Below, one piece after another: positions 26,170 to 38,482 of a stretch of 64,000 bases of DNA. Both the position numbers and the translations under genes were made by a program. This DNA is from Felis catus. Its lineage: Eukaryota. Numbering within the stretch: position 1 is the first letter of the stretch; each line of letters opens with the position of its first letter. A model generated the notes under the pieces. The model did not search any database, was not told where the DNA came from, and was given only the letters and a program-made list of their open reading frames with translations. Where the stretch lies: assembly GCF_018350175.1 (NCBI RefSeq), contig NC_058383.1, forward strand, positions 4,092,001-4,156,000, in the 5' to 3' direction.

Positions 26170-26625
26170 TTTTGTTTTTAGGCAAAACTCACAAAGAGTG
26201 AAAGGCACAAATCTAAAACGGACACCTGGGGAGTTGTGACAGATGCACACGTTGCAGCAGCAGCCGGAGCTCCGCCGAGATAGAGAGCTTTGCGCTGGCC
26301 CCGGAGAGTGCCCTGTGCCCCTGCCCTCCCCGACGGTGGTCACCATGTTAATTACCTTAGATCCGTGTTGCCTAGACTAGAACTTCGTGCGAGTGGATAG
26401 GAGTCCCTCTGGGGTCGGCCTTTTTCACGGTGGGTGCAACGCCCTTGACATTCCTCACAGTTACTGGGGTATCAGTGGTATGTTCCTTTCTATTGCTGCG
26501 TAGATCGCCGTGGTGCGGAAGGAGCCGGTCTGTTGACTCGTCTCCTGCTGGATGGATGGATGCCTGGGCTGTGGCCGGGTTTTTACCCTTATGAATACAA
26601 GTCTTATGGATCTTCTTGCGGACAT
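26170..26625 (-). mobile_element. Old LINE-1 3' fragment
   Basis: Antisense L1M-like text, e.g. aaaggcacaaatctaaa, gttcctttctattgctgcgtag, gatggatgcctgggctgt. Confidence 0.55.
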
Positions 26626-26634
26626 TAAGTTAGT

Positions 26635-26845
26635 TTGTTCATTTATTTATTTATCTTGAGAGAGAGAGAGAGAATGCGAGCAGGCGAGGCCCAGAGAGAG
26701 AAGGAAAGAGAGAGAATCCCAAGCAGGCTTCATGCTGTCAGCGCGGAGCCCAACACGGGGCTCAAACTCATGCCCCGTGAGATCGTGACCTGAGCCAAAA
26801 CCAAGAGTCGGACACTTAACCGACTGAGCCACTCGGGCACCCAGG
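26635..26845 (-). mobile_element. CAN-SINE
   Basis: gagagaatcccaagcaggcttcatgctgtcagcgcggagccc...aaccgactgagccac. Confidence 0.85.
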
Positions 26846-26899
26846 CGTTAAGTTTACTTTAAAGCTCATCCTGAGTCCCTCTCTCCCCCAAAACGAGAC

Positions 26900-28370
26900 A
26901 AGCCCACTCTGTGGCTGGAGGAGGTAGGATGATGCTTTGAGTCGCCCGCTGGTCTTTGGTGAGGCGCATCACCCAGACTGAGTGTCAGGTCTGCGGTGGC
27001 CCCTGCCTCTTGGGAAGGATGGACGATGGATGGCCAGGCTGGAGGCTGTCGTCACTGCAACAGTGAGAGTTATTCTAGAAAGTCTAGCTTGGGCCAGTGT
27101 CTCCCTCGAGGTTCCTGCACAAGGACTCGCACCTGGAGGGTGGGTTGGATGGGCCACTAGAAATGACGGACCCAGGGCACCTGGACGGCTCAGTCGGTGA
27201 AGCATCTGACTCCAGCTCAGGTCATGATCTCGCAGTTCGTGGGTTCAAGCCCCACTTTGGGCTCTGTGCTAACAGCTCAGAGCCCGGAGCTGCTTTGGAT
27301 TCTGTGTCTCCCTCTCTCTCTGCCCCTCCCCTGCTCTCTCTCTCTCTCTCTCAGAAATAAATAAACATTAAACAAATTAAAAAAAAAAGAAGAAGAAGAA
27401 AGACCCCAGGGCCCCAGGGAAAGGATTCACCTGAGGCAAAGATCAAATGTAGAGTATTGCTGACGTAACACAGTGTCAGGTCGAGCAAAATCTCAAAGGT
27501 GCCACTGTCCACAGTAAAAGTCGTGGCTAAGAAACACTCCAGGCCATGCTTGAAACTCTCGAAACTCTCGATAGATGGAAAGGCTTCTGGGAATCTGGAG
27601 ACTTAGCCTCTCTCTGCTCGACGAGCAGGCTCCTCAAACTCTGAAGTGCCTGTCGCATGGCCCCAAACAGATGTCTCCGACAGACGCGCGTGTGTGGCTT
27701 TTGCCCGACGGAGCATAGCGCAGTCAGGTACGCAGGAAGCCCACAAAGTTTGCAAAGGAATCACACCAGCTTGGACTGAGCGGAGCTGAGCGGAACCCCC
27801 CTGCCGGGGGGCCCCGAGGCACAGCGAGCCCACCCGGAGCCCACGCCCCCTTCTCAGCCTCTCCTCGAGGGTCAGCAAGTGGAAGGAAACAGTCGGAAGC
27901 AGTCAGCCGGGTCAGAACACTTCGGGCTTTGGGTTTCAATCCCTGCCGCGCTGAGGAAGCACGGGAGAGAATTAGCAGAAGGACGCCTTTTCGAAAGCTC
28001 ACTATGTCGGGGAAGGTGGGCTGGAGGGCAGAGTCAAAAGCCGAGAGGCCACGGAGGAGGACTTGGTAGCCATCCTACTGAAAGATGACCTGTTTTTTTT
28101 GGGGGGGGGAGCATCTGAGGCCATTTACAACAGCACTTGGAACTTGCCAAGCGAGGCCCCTGCTCACTCTGTCCACGAGGCGGACCCCGCCACGGCCTCC
28201 CCCTGCACCAAGCTGGATACACTTCCCCGGGCCCAGGTGACGGAACAGGAGTGCAGTTAAGTCCCTCCCCCGGCATGGGGCAAGGCGGGGCGCACACATC
28301 TGTCCCCAGGCACAGGACAGCGTAGCCCTCAAAGCCACGGCTAACATCGATGAGTCGGCGTCTCCACTCT
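26900..28370 (+). mobile_element. Probable decayed hAT (Tip100/Zaphod-like) transposase coding remnant, split by a SINE
   Basis: Colinear peptide fragments RWMARLEAV, ETLQAMLETLETLDRWKGFWESGDLAS, LLTLS, MGQ and VALKATAN resemble hAT catalytic-region and dimerisation motifs. Many stops and frameshifts. Confidence 0.45.
27175..27400 (+). mobile_element. CAN-SINE (SINEC_Fc-like)
   Basis: gggcacctggacggctcagtcgg...(CT)n...aataaataaacattaaa and an A-rich tail. Confidence 0.9.
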
Positions 28371-28759
28371 CCATGGCCGCAATGCTGCCACGTAACGGAC
28401 GGGCCAGCGGCACGCAACAGGGTGGCAGGCCAGGTGGCTCTGCTCGCCCTGACCGGCTTGCCCACAGGCCGTCGGGGGCTCCGGGGGCAGCCTCGGCCGC
28501 GTGGCTGCGCGTCACCCGTCTCCTGTCTCTCGGGGGACCGGCCGGCCGTGTCTCCGCGGCGGTGCTGAGGTGAAAACGCTTCCGTACCACCAGCGACATC
28601 CCCGTGGCCAGCGTGAGTCACCGAGTCCCCAGTACACGTGCAGAGTGCCGCGGTGAGGAGTCTGCCGGCCCTTCGCGGGAGACGCTGCGCTGAAGACGGG
28701 ACGGGGCCCGGCGTTCACCTCCCGCGAGCGGGCATCTCTGGGGGGCAGGCTGTGCGTCG

Positions 28760-28901
28760 AAGGAGACACAGAATCCGAAGCAGGGTCCAGGCTCCGAGCT
28801 GTCAGCACAGGGCCCCACGCGGGGCTCGAACCCACGAGTGGTGAGACCAGGACCCGAGCCGAAGTCAGGCGCTTAACCGACTGAGTCACCCAGGCGTCCC
28901 T
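28760..28901 (-). mobile_element. CAN-SINE 5' two-thirds
   Basis: ggagacacagaatccgaagcagg...cttaaccgactgagtcacccaggcgtccc. Confidence 0.85.
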
Positions 28902-29265
28902 GCACATAAACACGTTTTGTTTTCCATGATAAGCATGTGTGTGGCAAAAAGCGTTACAGATGACCGTGGCTTACCGTGGAAAAGGTGGAGACGCACAGAG
29001 GAATATTCAGTGACGACCAATGTTGTTTTCGTTATAATCATTTCTCTGTGTGGAGTGGATATACCGTGTGCACAATTGTGTATCTTGCGTGCGCCCCTTT
29101 AAAAATTCCACTTGTGCAAAAGGCCACAGTAGAAATAAGTGTCCCTTCTCTGACCCCAGCCCCACAGGCCCCTTTCTCCAAGGCAATCACTATCACCTGC
29201 CTATGGTGCATCCTTCCAGAACAACCTATGGGCCGGTGAGCACTCCCAGCTATGCTCTCCCTTTT

Positions 29266-29490
29266 TTTCTTTTTCTTTTATTTTTAATGTTTATTTTCGA
29301 GAGAGACAGAGACAGAGTGCAAGCAAGGGAGAGAGGGCAGAGAGAGAGAGAGGGAGACGCAGAATCTGAAGCAGGCTCCAGGCTCTGAGCTGTCAGCACA
29401 GAGCCCGATGTGGGGCTTGAAGCCACAAACCCTGAGATCATGACCTGAGCCGAAGTCAGATGCCCAACCGACTGAGCCACCCAGGGGCCC
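29266..29490 (-). mobile_element. CAN-SINE with TSD
   Basis: tatgctctccctttt is duplicated at 29251-29265 and 29491-29505. Confidence 0.9.
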
Positions 29491-29534
29491 TATGCTCTCC
29501 CTTTTAAACACAAACGGTTTCATATTCTGCACAC

Positions 29535-29946
29535 TGTATTAGTCAGGGTCTCCCGAGAAACAGGATGCGTGTGCGTGTGCGTGCACAGGGATTTAGTTTA
29601 AGGAATTGACACACAATTATGGAGGCTGGCAAGCCCCGAATCTGCAGGGTGGGTCGGCTCCCTGGAGACCCAGGAAGAGCTGACGTCGTGGCTGAAGTCC
29701 AAAGGCTGTCTGCTGGCAGAACTCCCTCTTGCTCAGGGCTGATCAGCTTCCCCTTCCATTCAGCCTTCAACTGATTGGACGGGGCCCACCCACACTACGG
29801 AGGGCAATCTGCTTCCCTCAGAGTCCACCGATTTAAATGTAAACCTCATCCAAAACCACTCTCACAGAAATATACAGAACAACGTTTGACCCATACCTGG
29901 GCACCATGGGCCAGCCTAAAGTTGATGCATACAATTAGCCATCATA
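29535..29946 (-). mobile_element. ERV-L solo LTR (MLT2-like)
   Basis: tgtattagtcagggtctcccgagaaacagg...tttaaggaattg...ggctggcaag...aattagccatca. Confidence 0.75.
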
Positions 29947-30241
29947 GTTTTCGGCAACTTTTTATCTGGTTGGTTGGTGTTGTTTTTGCCTAACTAAACA
30001 GTGTATCTTGTAAACGGATCCACATCAATACAAGTAGACCTGCCTCATTCTTCTTAGCGATTGCATAGTATACCATCATATTGTTGTGCATTTAGGTTGC
30101 TTCTAATCTTCTGGTGTTAGCAAACAGCAACAAATATCGCTTGAATACATAGCTTTGACCAGATATGCAAGTATCACGTACACATTCTTAAAAGATAGTT
30201 AATGGATCAAATGGTTTCTGCATTCAAGATTTTGACCGAGG

Positions 30242-30472
30242 GGGGCGCCTGGGTGGCTCAGTCAGTTAAGCCTCTGACTTCAGCTCAGGTCACGATCTCG
30301 CGGTCCGTGAGTTCGAGCCCCGCGTCGGGCTCTGGGCTGATGGCTCAGAGCCTGGAGCCTGCTTCCGATTCTGTGTCTCCCTCTCTCTCTGCCCCTCCCC
30401 CGTTCATGCTCTGTCTCTCTGTCTCAAAAATAAATAAACGTTAAAAAAAAAAAAGATTTAAAAAAAAAAAAA
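30242..30472 (+). mobile_element. Young full-length CAN-SINE (SINEC_Fc-like)
   Basis: Perfect 16-bp TSD aagattttgaccgagg at 30226-30241 and 30473-30488, a long A tail and retained CpGs. Confidence 0.95.
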
Positions 30473-31634
30473 AAGATTTTGACCGAGGTGCGGATTTCCT
30501 TCCAGAGACGTACAAGTCTACGGTCTACCCTCATGGGTGTGAGGGCCTCTTGCCTCAAACTTTGGTTTTGGCCTATTTGATAAGAGAAAAACAGCCTCTC
30601 ATCATAGCTTTAATTTGTGTTTCTCTTAGTAGGTGTAGACTGGGGCAATTTTTCATATGTCGGAGCCACTGTGGTTTTGGTTTTGTTGTTGTTGTTTTTT
30701 CTTTTGTAAATTGTCAGTTCATGGACTTTACCCATCTTTTCTATTGGTTATTTGATCTTTTCCACTTTGATTTGCAGGTGCTTTTTATATATTAAGGAAG
30801 TAATACCTGTCATATGTGTCGCAAATATTTCCCCCACTGTTCCATTTTTTTATAATGGGTTTTTCCACGCACACATTTTATTTTTAGTGGTCTTTTCATT
30901 AATGGCTTCTGAGTTTTTGGGCCTTCCTTAGAACATTCTTCCTATAAGATGATTAAAACCCAAAAATCTGGAGTGTTTTCTTGTTATTCTGTTGGTGGTA
31001 GGGTTTGGTTTCCGCTTGGGTATATGGCGTGAGATAGGAACCCAATTTTATTTTATTTTATTTTGTTTTCAGATTGCCCCCCCCCCCCCCAGCGCAAGCA
31101 ACACTTACACAATAATCTATCTTCCTCCCGTCGACACGTCAGGCCACCTTCATCGGTGCACACATTCGGGTGACTTCCGGAACTACGCTCTGTCCCCATG
31201 ATTGGTTCGTCTCATCAGAGTCTAGCCCACACCACTCTCGGTACAGGAGCTTGGTTTCAGCCTTGGTGTCCGGCAAGTTCGTCTCGACTCCTTCTCCTTC
31301 TTCTTCGGTCTTTTCTGGGATCCTTCTCGCGACTACATTTGCCCATATGAATTGCAGAATCAGTTTGTCTGATTCCAGAGGAAGGACATCTTGCTGTTAT
31401 TTCTACTGGGATGATGTGAGATCAGAGGATCGATTTAGAGAAATGACATCTTGGTCACACTTTTAGTCTTCCTGCCGAAGAACGGGGCAGGCCTTTCTGT
31501 TTATTTATCTTCCTCTGGGTTATTTATCTTCCTCGCAAAGATTTTCCTTTCTTTTCTTTCTTCTTCTTTTTTTAATGTCCCTTTACAAGTTTTTTGTATA
31601 GGTGTTGAACATTTCTAATTAAGATTATTCCAGA

Positions 31635-32345
31635 CGGACACCTGGGTGGCTCAGTGGGTTAAGCATCTGACTTTGGCTCAGGTCGTGACCTCAGGGCTCG
31701 TGGTTTCCAGCCGGCATCCGGGTCTCTGCTGTCAGGGCAGAGCCTGCTTCAGATCCTCTGCCCCTCCCCGCCCCCCAAGATAAATAAATAAATGTTAAAA
31801 ATTTAAGGGTCAGTCACGTAAGCGTCCGACTTCAGCTCGGGTCATGATCTCACAGCTTGTGAGTTGGAGCCCCACATCAGGCTCTGTGCTGACAGCTCAG
31901 AGCCGGGAGCCTGCTTCGGATTCTGTGTCTCATTCTCTCTCTGCCCCTTACTTGCTTGTGGTCTCTCTCAAAAAAAATAATAAACATTTAAAAATTAAAA
32001 AAAAAAAATAAAGAGATGTGCCTTCGACTTGCTGTCCACATAAAAATCCACTGATTCCTATTTTATTAAACTTTGCAAGTCATTGGGAACAGAGGTTGCA
32101 TTTTACCAAGTGCCAACCAAATGTATTTCACCCATTTTATTATTTTTTTTTTAATTTTGTATTTATATATTTTAAGAGAGGGAGAGCACATAAGCAGGGG
32201 AGGGGCGGGGGGTGGGTGGTGAGAGAGAATCCGTGCTGGCAGCACAGAGCCTGACATGGGGCTTGAACCCACAAACCGTGAGATCACGACTCAAGCCGAA
32301 ATCAAGAGTTTAACACCCAACCAACCGAGCCAATCAGGTGCCCTA
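31635..32345. mobile_element. Cluster of CAN-SINEs (about 31635-31800 +, 31805-32015 +, 32140-32345 -)
   Basis: SINE heads (cctgggtggctcagt) and aataaa/A-rich tails. Confidence 0.8.
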
Positions 32346-32748
32346 TTTTGCCATTTTCGTATCTGTATCAATGACCGTGTTTTCCTCTTTGAGCTGTTAA
32401 CTACGAGCCACGATGTTAATAGCATAGTTTCCATCAGACCTGCCCTGTATTCCCTGTTGTAGAGCTTGCTGATTTCAATGTGCTGCTGGATTTCGTTGGC
32501 TACTATTTTATTGAGGATTTTATATTGATATTCAGAGGTGAGACTGATGTGTTCTTTTCTTAGAGAAATCTGTCAGGTTTAGGAAGCTCTTTCTTTCTGT
32601 ATTTTTTTCCTGTGCCCCGGAACAGTGAAGTTTACTGTAAGTAACTTCTATATAAGTTTGGTAACATTCTGAAATTCTGTGAACCTGCCCAACCAAGCCT
32701 GGGTTTTTGAGCACAGGGGTAATATATTGTTCTTTAACAGGATCCCTT

Positions 32749-32937
32749 GGGGCACCCGGGTGGCTCAGTTGGTTAAGCGTCCGACTTCAGCTTAGGTCAT
32801 GATCTCACAGCTTGTGAGTTCGAGCCCCGTGTCTGGCTCTGTGCTGGGAGATTCTGTGTCTCCCTCTCTGTCTGCTCCTCCCCCACTCGTGTTCTGGCTC
32901 TCTCTCTCTCAAAAATAAATAAAACATTAAAAAAAAC
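32749..32937 (+). mobile_element. CAN-SINE with an internal deletion
   Basis: ggggcacccgggtggctcagttggttaagcgtccgacttcagc...aaaataaataaaacattaaaaaaaa. Confidence 0.85.
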
Positions 32938-33934
32938 GAACAAACCCAGGAACTCTCTATCTTCCGTCGAGTGATTGTTCTATTTAGATTCCTTTCTCTT
33001 CTGATAGCAGGTGGTCTGCTCATTTATAGGTTCCCAGAGAATCATTTTACCCGTTTTCTGGGTTTGTTTTGTCTTTTTAACGTTGGGGCCTCGATGCAAA
33101 ATGTCTTCTGTATTCCTTCCCGTTTCCTGTTTCTGTGTCACTTACCACTTTGACCTTGGCGGTTCCATGATATTGGAAGTACCCCAGAACCATACCGTCT
33201 AGTGGTGACAGGATTTCTCTGTGTGGTTACGTGGTCCTTCACTGGCCTTTCTGAGTTTTTCAAGTGTAACAATGGTGCAATGCACCTCTTCCTCTACAAG
33301 CCTCTTCTGTATTTAGAATGACTGCCTTGGGCTCGGTTTTCCGGACCAAAGGGTAGGCACGTTTTGGGGGCCCATTTACTTTCCAGAAGGGTGTTCCAAT
33401 CTGCACTCCCACCAGCGACGGAGGATTTTAAAAACATAGATCACCTCACGCTTTTTCCTCCAACCGAAACACCTCTGGGGCTCCCCGACCTTCCCCCTGC
33501 CAACAAGGCCCCCCTCAGGCTGCTTTCTGCCCTGACTTCACCTCCCGTCTCCCACCGGAAGGTTCTTCCTCCCCTGTTCCCGCTACACTGACCTTCTTTC
33601 TGGTCTTGAATATAATGAGCTTTTTCTGGCTCCGGGACTTTGCTGTTCCCTCTGTCCAAAACACCCTTAACCACAAACCTCCCCACATGGGCTCCTTCCC
33701 ATCAGTCAATTCAAGCGTCACCTTCCCAGAATGGCCCTCCCTGACCACTAGACGATGATGCCCACCCCATCCCCGCAGTCACACGCTATTCCATCCTTCT
33801 GTCCTGTTGTCTTGCAGGCATTTGACACTTCCTGAAGTGACTGCTTGCTTGCTGGGGACTGACACCCCACGGGGGCAGGGACCCTGACGTGTCCTCTGTA
33901 TCTAGAACAGCGTCTCACACACACCGAGTAATTT

Positions 33935-34143
33935 TGTAAAAAAATTTTAAAGTGTATTTATTTATTTTGAGAGAGAGAGAGCAGGGGAGGGGCAGAGAGA
34001 GAGGGAGAGAGAGAATTCCAGGCCGGCTCCGTGCTGTCAGCACAGAGCCTGATATGGGGCTCGCACTCTTGGACTGTGACATCATGCCCCAAGCCGAAAC
34101 CAAGATTCGGACACTTTACCGACTGAGCCGCCCAGGTGCCCCC
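33935..34143 (-). mobile_element. CAN-SINE
   Basis: T-rich tail and (AG)n tract through to ctgagccgcccaggtgcccc. Confidence 0.85.
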
Positions 34144-35239
34144 CACCCCGAATAAGTTTTATTTCCCCCCAGGAGGAGAGCTTTCAAAGCTCCAGACCCA
34201 TGGGAAGTACGAGGCTCATTTCCTCTAAGGTCAGTTTCTTAGAGCAGCTGGCCATCTCCCCTGGTCCAAACGGCACCGGACGAAGGGCAGGGGGAGCGTC
34301 CACCCTCAGCGCACGCTGTCACTTCACTCAGTGCAGCCTTATTCAGCGCTCAGTTCAGTCCACCCTTCAAACAAATATCTGGTTCTCACCCCACGCCATG
34401 CACTCCTCCGGGCACTGACGATCCAAACAGAAATCAAGCAGGGCCTTCTCCCAGGGGACTTCTAGTCTTTTAGAGGGAGACAAGGCTTTGAGAACAGGTG
34501 CCAACCACAGTGTGGGCTCTGGGCTTCCTGTGGGACGGCAGAGGTGGGTCTCAGGGCAGGGGGAGGAGCAGCGAGTCTGGTGGAAAGGGATCCGGGTAGG
34601 GGCGTGGCTGGTGCTCTGGCAGGTGCTGTATTCTGATCCCATCCTGGTGGCTGGTTCCCAGGTGGGGAGGGGGTCACCTACTTCCCAAGGACACAGATCC
34701 CAGCCCTGGAAGGACCACCTCCCAGCCGGTTCCTGTTGTCACCTTGAGGCAGGACCCCTTTCCCTGCATGTGGAACCGCCCCATCGCTGGCTCATTTCTT
34801 GTGCCAGGGCCCCAGCGGGCTCCCCTCTGTAAGGTCCCCTGAGCTTCCACGGTCTCTCTTAAAACCACGTTACAGAAGAATAAACCGAGGCTCAGACAGA
34901 GGCACAGGAGCTGGGGCCCTCAGCCCTGAGAGAAGGTTATAATTCCATCTACCTAGTCAGGGGCTGCTCCCAAGCTGGGGGGTAGGAGAGACGGGACCGA
35001 GGTGGGGACCCAGCGAGGGAGCAACACAGGGGGCAGCAGCCATCCTTAGACCTGGCTGGAATCCGCGCACCTCAAGGTCTCCAGCCCACGGACTCCTACT
35101 CATCCTTCAAAACTTTGAGTCTGGCCACCCCGTGAGCTGGCCCACCCACTGACCTGGGCACCTTAGGCCTGCCCCCCCTCCCCTCCCCGGCCGACTCAGG
35201 GCAGAGGAGTGGGGAAGGGGATGAGTGAGCCTGGGCATC

Positions 35240-35990
35240 CACGCGGGGAGGTGGGCTTGGGGGTGGCGGGCTAGGTCAACCTCAGGTCACCCGGGGTGTG
35301 GCCCGGTGCCACCACGCCCCTCCCCGGGGTGTCCGGGGAGACGACCTCAGCCTCGGCCCCGGTCCCGCCTCTGCGGTCGCCGTGGGTTGGGGAGGGCGGG
35401 GGCGGGGCAGACAGGCAGGGGGAGGGGAGGGGAGGGCGGGGCTCCGAGAGGGAGGGGGGGAGGGGGGCGGGCCGGGGCGGAGCGCGGTGGCCCCCGCCGC
35501 GCTCGCCGCCGCCGCCGCCGCTGCGCCCCCCGGACGCGCTCGCCGACCCGGGGCCCGCGGACCGCGGACCCGCGGAGGACGCCGGCTGCGCCGGGCCCGA
35601 AGCGCGGGGCGTGGGGCGCGGGCGCCCAGGGGTCCCGGCGCGGGGGCGGCGGGCACAGGCGGGGCCGGGCGCGCCGAGGACCCCCGGGCCGGGGCAGTGC
35701 CGAGGTAAGCGGTCACCGCGGAGGTGGCGGGCGGGGACGGGGACGGCGATGGGCTGGGGCGCAGAGACCTGTCGGAGCCTTTGTCTGCGGCGCGCGCGGC
35801 CCCACTCCGCGCCCCCTCCCCCTCCGCGCCGGCTCGGGCGGCTGAGTCCAGGGGCGGGGGCACGTGGCGCTGGGGACCCCGAATCTCCCACCCCCCCCCC
35901 TCATCCTAGGAAGAGGGTACTCCTGCCCTGCCCCATCCAGCGTCTGGACCGGGCCGGCTCCCCCGCCGCGAGCGTAGGACCCAGACCCGG
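35240..35990 (+). promoter_or_regulatory. SLC29A4: CpG island / TATA-less promoter of SLC29A4
   Basis: Very high GC and CpG density, multiple GGGCGG boxes at about 35394-35482, and a splice donor at 35705. Confidence 0.85.
35490..35704 (+). other. SLC29A4: SLC29A4 non-coding exon 1 (5' boundary approximate)
   Basis: Lies in the CpG island and ends at a strong donor GAG|GTAAGC. The next exon has only 10 nt before the ATG. Confidence 0.7.
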
Positions 35991-38482
35991 GAAAGGGGAG
36001 AGTGGCCGGTGGCCCCAGGCCGTGCCCAGATCTGGGAGCCACCTCCCTGCCTCCCCGGCAGGCCCAAAGGGTCCCTCCACCTGAAGTTCCTCCCTGGACC
36101 CCCTCTGCCCCATCACACCTCTTCCCCCAGCCAGCTGCCTCCTAGTTCTTGGAAAAGCTGCTGTAAGAGGCAGGGCCTGAGCCGGGGGGGTCACCTCGTG
36201 GTAGCCTGCGGAGTCTGCCCTTTGCCTGGGGGGCACAGGCCTGGGAGCCAACTTTGTTGCTGATAGGGCTGGCCTGGCAGAAGGAGCCTGGGGGGTGCAG
36301 GGTGCTGTCAGCCCTGAGACCTGCAGAAACCAAGGCCAGGGAGGAGAAGGTGGGTCTGGGCTGAGCGAGTCACCAGCCAGCGCCGCGGCCAGTGCCTTCA
36401 CCTCTCCAACAGCCGCTGTAGGAAGGGGGCGGCCGGGGAGCCTTGAAGCCCACTTTTCTGTGGGCAGAACCAACAGGGAGGAGTTGGGGCAGTCTGGAAG
36501 CCTGTGGAGGAGCAGCAGAGAACTCAAGCGGGCCCGGGCACAGGGGGCCGGGGCCGTCCGAGGGTGGCCAGCCAGCTGGGGCTTCTGGCCCAGACCAGCG
36601 TGAGGCCTGAGAGGGCCAGCAGGCTGGCTTTCCCAATAGAATTTAGGTTCCTCGTCGCCTCTGGAGGCCGAGCACAGCCCTTGGGAGGGAAGGGTCAGCC
36701 TGGCCCTGGGGTCCAGACACCCAGTGCCTCACAGCACCCGGGGAGCCCATTCAGAACCCGTGTCCGCTCAGTCACAGCTGAAATGAGGGCGCCAAAGGTG
36801 GTCAGCCCTGCCGGGGCTCGGATCCGACCCTCGTGGCCTCTGGCCTTGGCTCTCTGTGCCAAGCAGGGGCATGAGCCAGGCTTTCTGGACCGCTGGGGTC
36901 AAGATCCCTCTCAGCCTGCCGCAGTGTCCTGATGCGGGGGCTTGTGTGATTTCTGAGCACCTCCCGTGTGCCACCAAGCCTTTGACAATCCAGCCGCCAC
37001 CCCCCCCCCCACAGTTTATGAAGTTCTTTCTCCCCATCCTCATCCACAATAGGGAGGTAGGGAAACTGAGGCCCAGGGTGGCCCACTGAGCAGTGACTAG
37101 TGACCTGATGGCCAAAGAAATGAACCGTGTCTTCTCAACTCCCCAGGGGTGGACATCAAGGGCTTCTGACAGGAGTGGGGGGGGGGGTGCGGTGGGAGCA
37201 GAGAAGAACCCGGGCAGTCTCAGATTTTTAAATCCACATGCGTGTCCTTAAATTTTAACTAAAGAGGGACAGGAGAAGAGGAGGGATGGGTCGGAGACGA
37301 TCCGAGGCTCCAAGGCTGTTGGTGTGGGTGAGGGGGCCAGGGAGGGACGAGTTGGAGACGTAGGCCAGGAGAGGTGGAGATGAGCCATCTCATTGCACCC
37401 CCCCCCCACTCTGTCACCCGGTGAGGCCTGGCCCGTGCCCAGGCCGGTGAGGTCATGCCCAGGGGCCATGGGGCCGCCACAGGGGGATCCCACAAGAGGG
37501 GCCTGGAGGAGCACATGGGGACGGTGGCTGAGGCAGGCATCGTGGGTGGCAGCTGCCTGCCTCACCAAGGAGCCAGAGGGAGCAGTGGGGCCACCTCCCG
37601 GCTTGATGCTGAGCACGTCCGCCCTCCCGGGTGGCGTGGCCAGGCGTGGCCAGGGCGCTGCGTCTTGGGAAGCTTTGCAGAACACAGGTCAGGAGTTCGG
37701 GGTTCGGGTGTCCTCTGGGGATGGGCTCCCATCCTGAGTGTTCCATCGCTCTGCCGCTGGCCCCTTCCCTGGCCTCCCTATCCAGGGAGGCTGGGAAGGC
37801 GGAGCCCAGGGTCTCGAGCCTCCTGTGCAGAATCCTGCCCAAGGCCACGGAGCGAGGCCATGGTCATTCACACCAGGCCCAACTCTGTCCTAAATCTTAC
37901 TGGGCTTCCCGGCTCCAGATGTGGCCAGAGGCCCGGGACTTGGGGGGCACTCAGGAAAAGCACCGAGCCTGTAGGGAGGTTATACCTGCTTCTGGCCTCC
38001 GGACGGAGAAGCCGGTGACCCTCTCCTCCATACTCCTGGGTGCCCATCAGCCCGGCAGTTTCCCCAGTCCCCGGAGCAGCCTGGAGGCAGGATGGCTCCG
38101 GGCTCCAAGGCCCCAGTAGAAACTCTATGGAGAGCTGGGAAAGGTGGAAACATGGGGCCAGCAGGAGGCGCTCGGTGACTGGAGGCTGAGAGCTGGTAAA
38201 CTGAGGCGGGAGAGCGGGCGGAAGCGAGACGAAACGAGGGCAGGTAGAGGTGGAGGGTGGTGACAGGCCAACCTCAGAGCAGCCTGGAGTAGTCCCCGGC
38301 ACGTGGGATCCCTCGGGAAGGGGGCCTTCCCCTGGCTGCTTCTGGGGGCTCTCCCACACGCTGGTGCGGGCCGAGATGCCGCGCTCAGTGCCCGATGCTC
38401 CGGCCCCACCTCTGTGTCAGATTCTCTGAGGCGAGCTTGCGATCAGATAAATGAGTAACAGTTGTTACAAAACCAAATTGCT

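Larger units (their letters stand above)
30000..33420 (-). mobile_element. Fragmented old LINE-1 hosting several SINEs
   Basis: AT-rich antisense L1-like text, e.g. catatgaattgcagaatcagtttgtc, gctggatttcgttggctactattttattgaggattt. Confidence 0.6.

Noticed and set aside
30242..30330. tRNA-like A/B box sequences (GGCTCAGTC...GTTCGAGCCC), here and elsewhere
   Set aside because: These are heads of tRNA-derived CAN-SINEs, not tRNA genes.
35225..36084. Several ORFs of about 200-260 aa over the SLC29A4 promoter
   Set aside because: Stop codons are depleted in a CpG island, and the Gly/Arg/Pro/Ala low-complexity translations have no recognisable domain.
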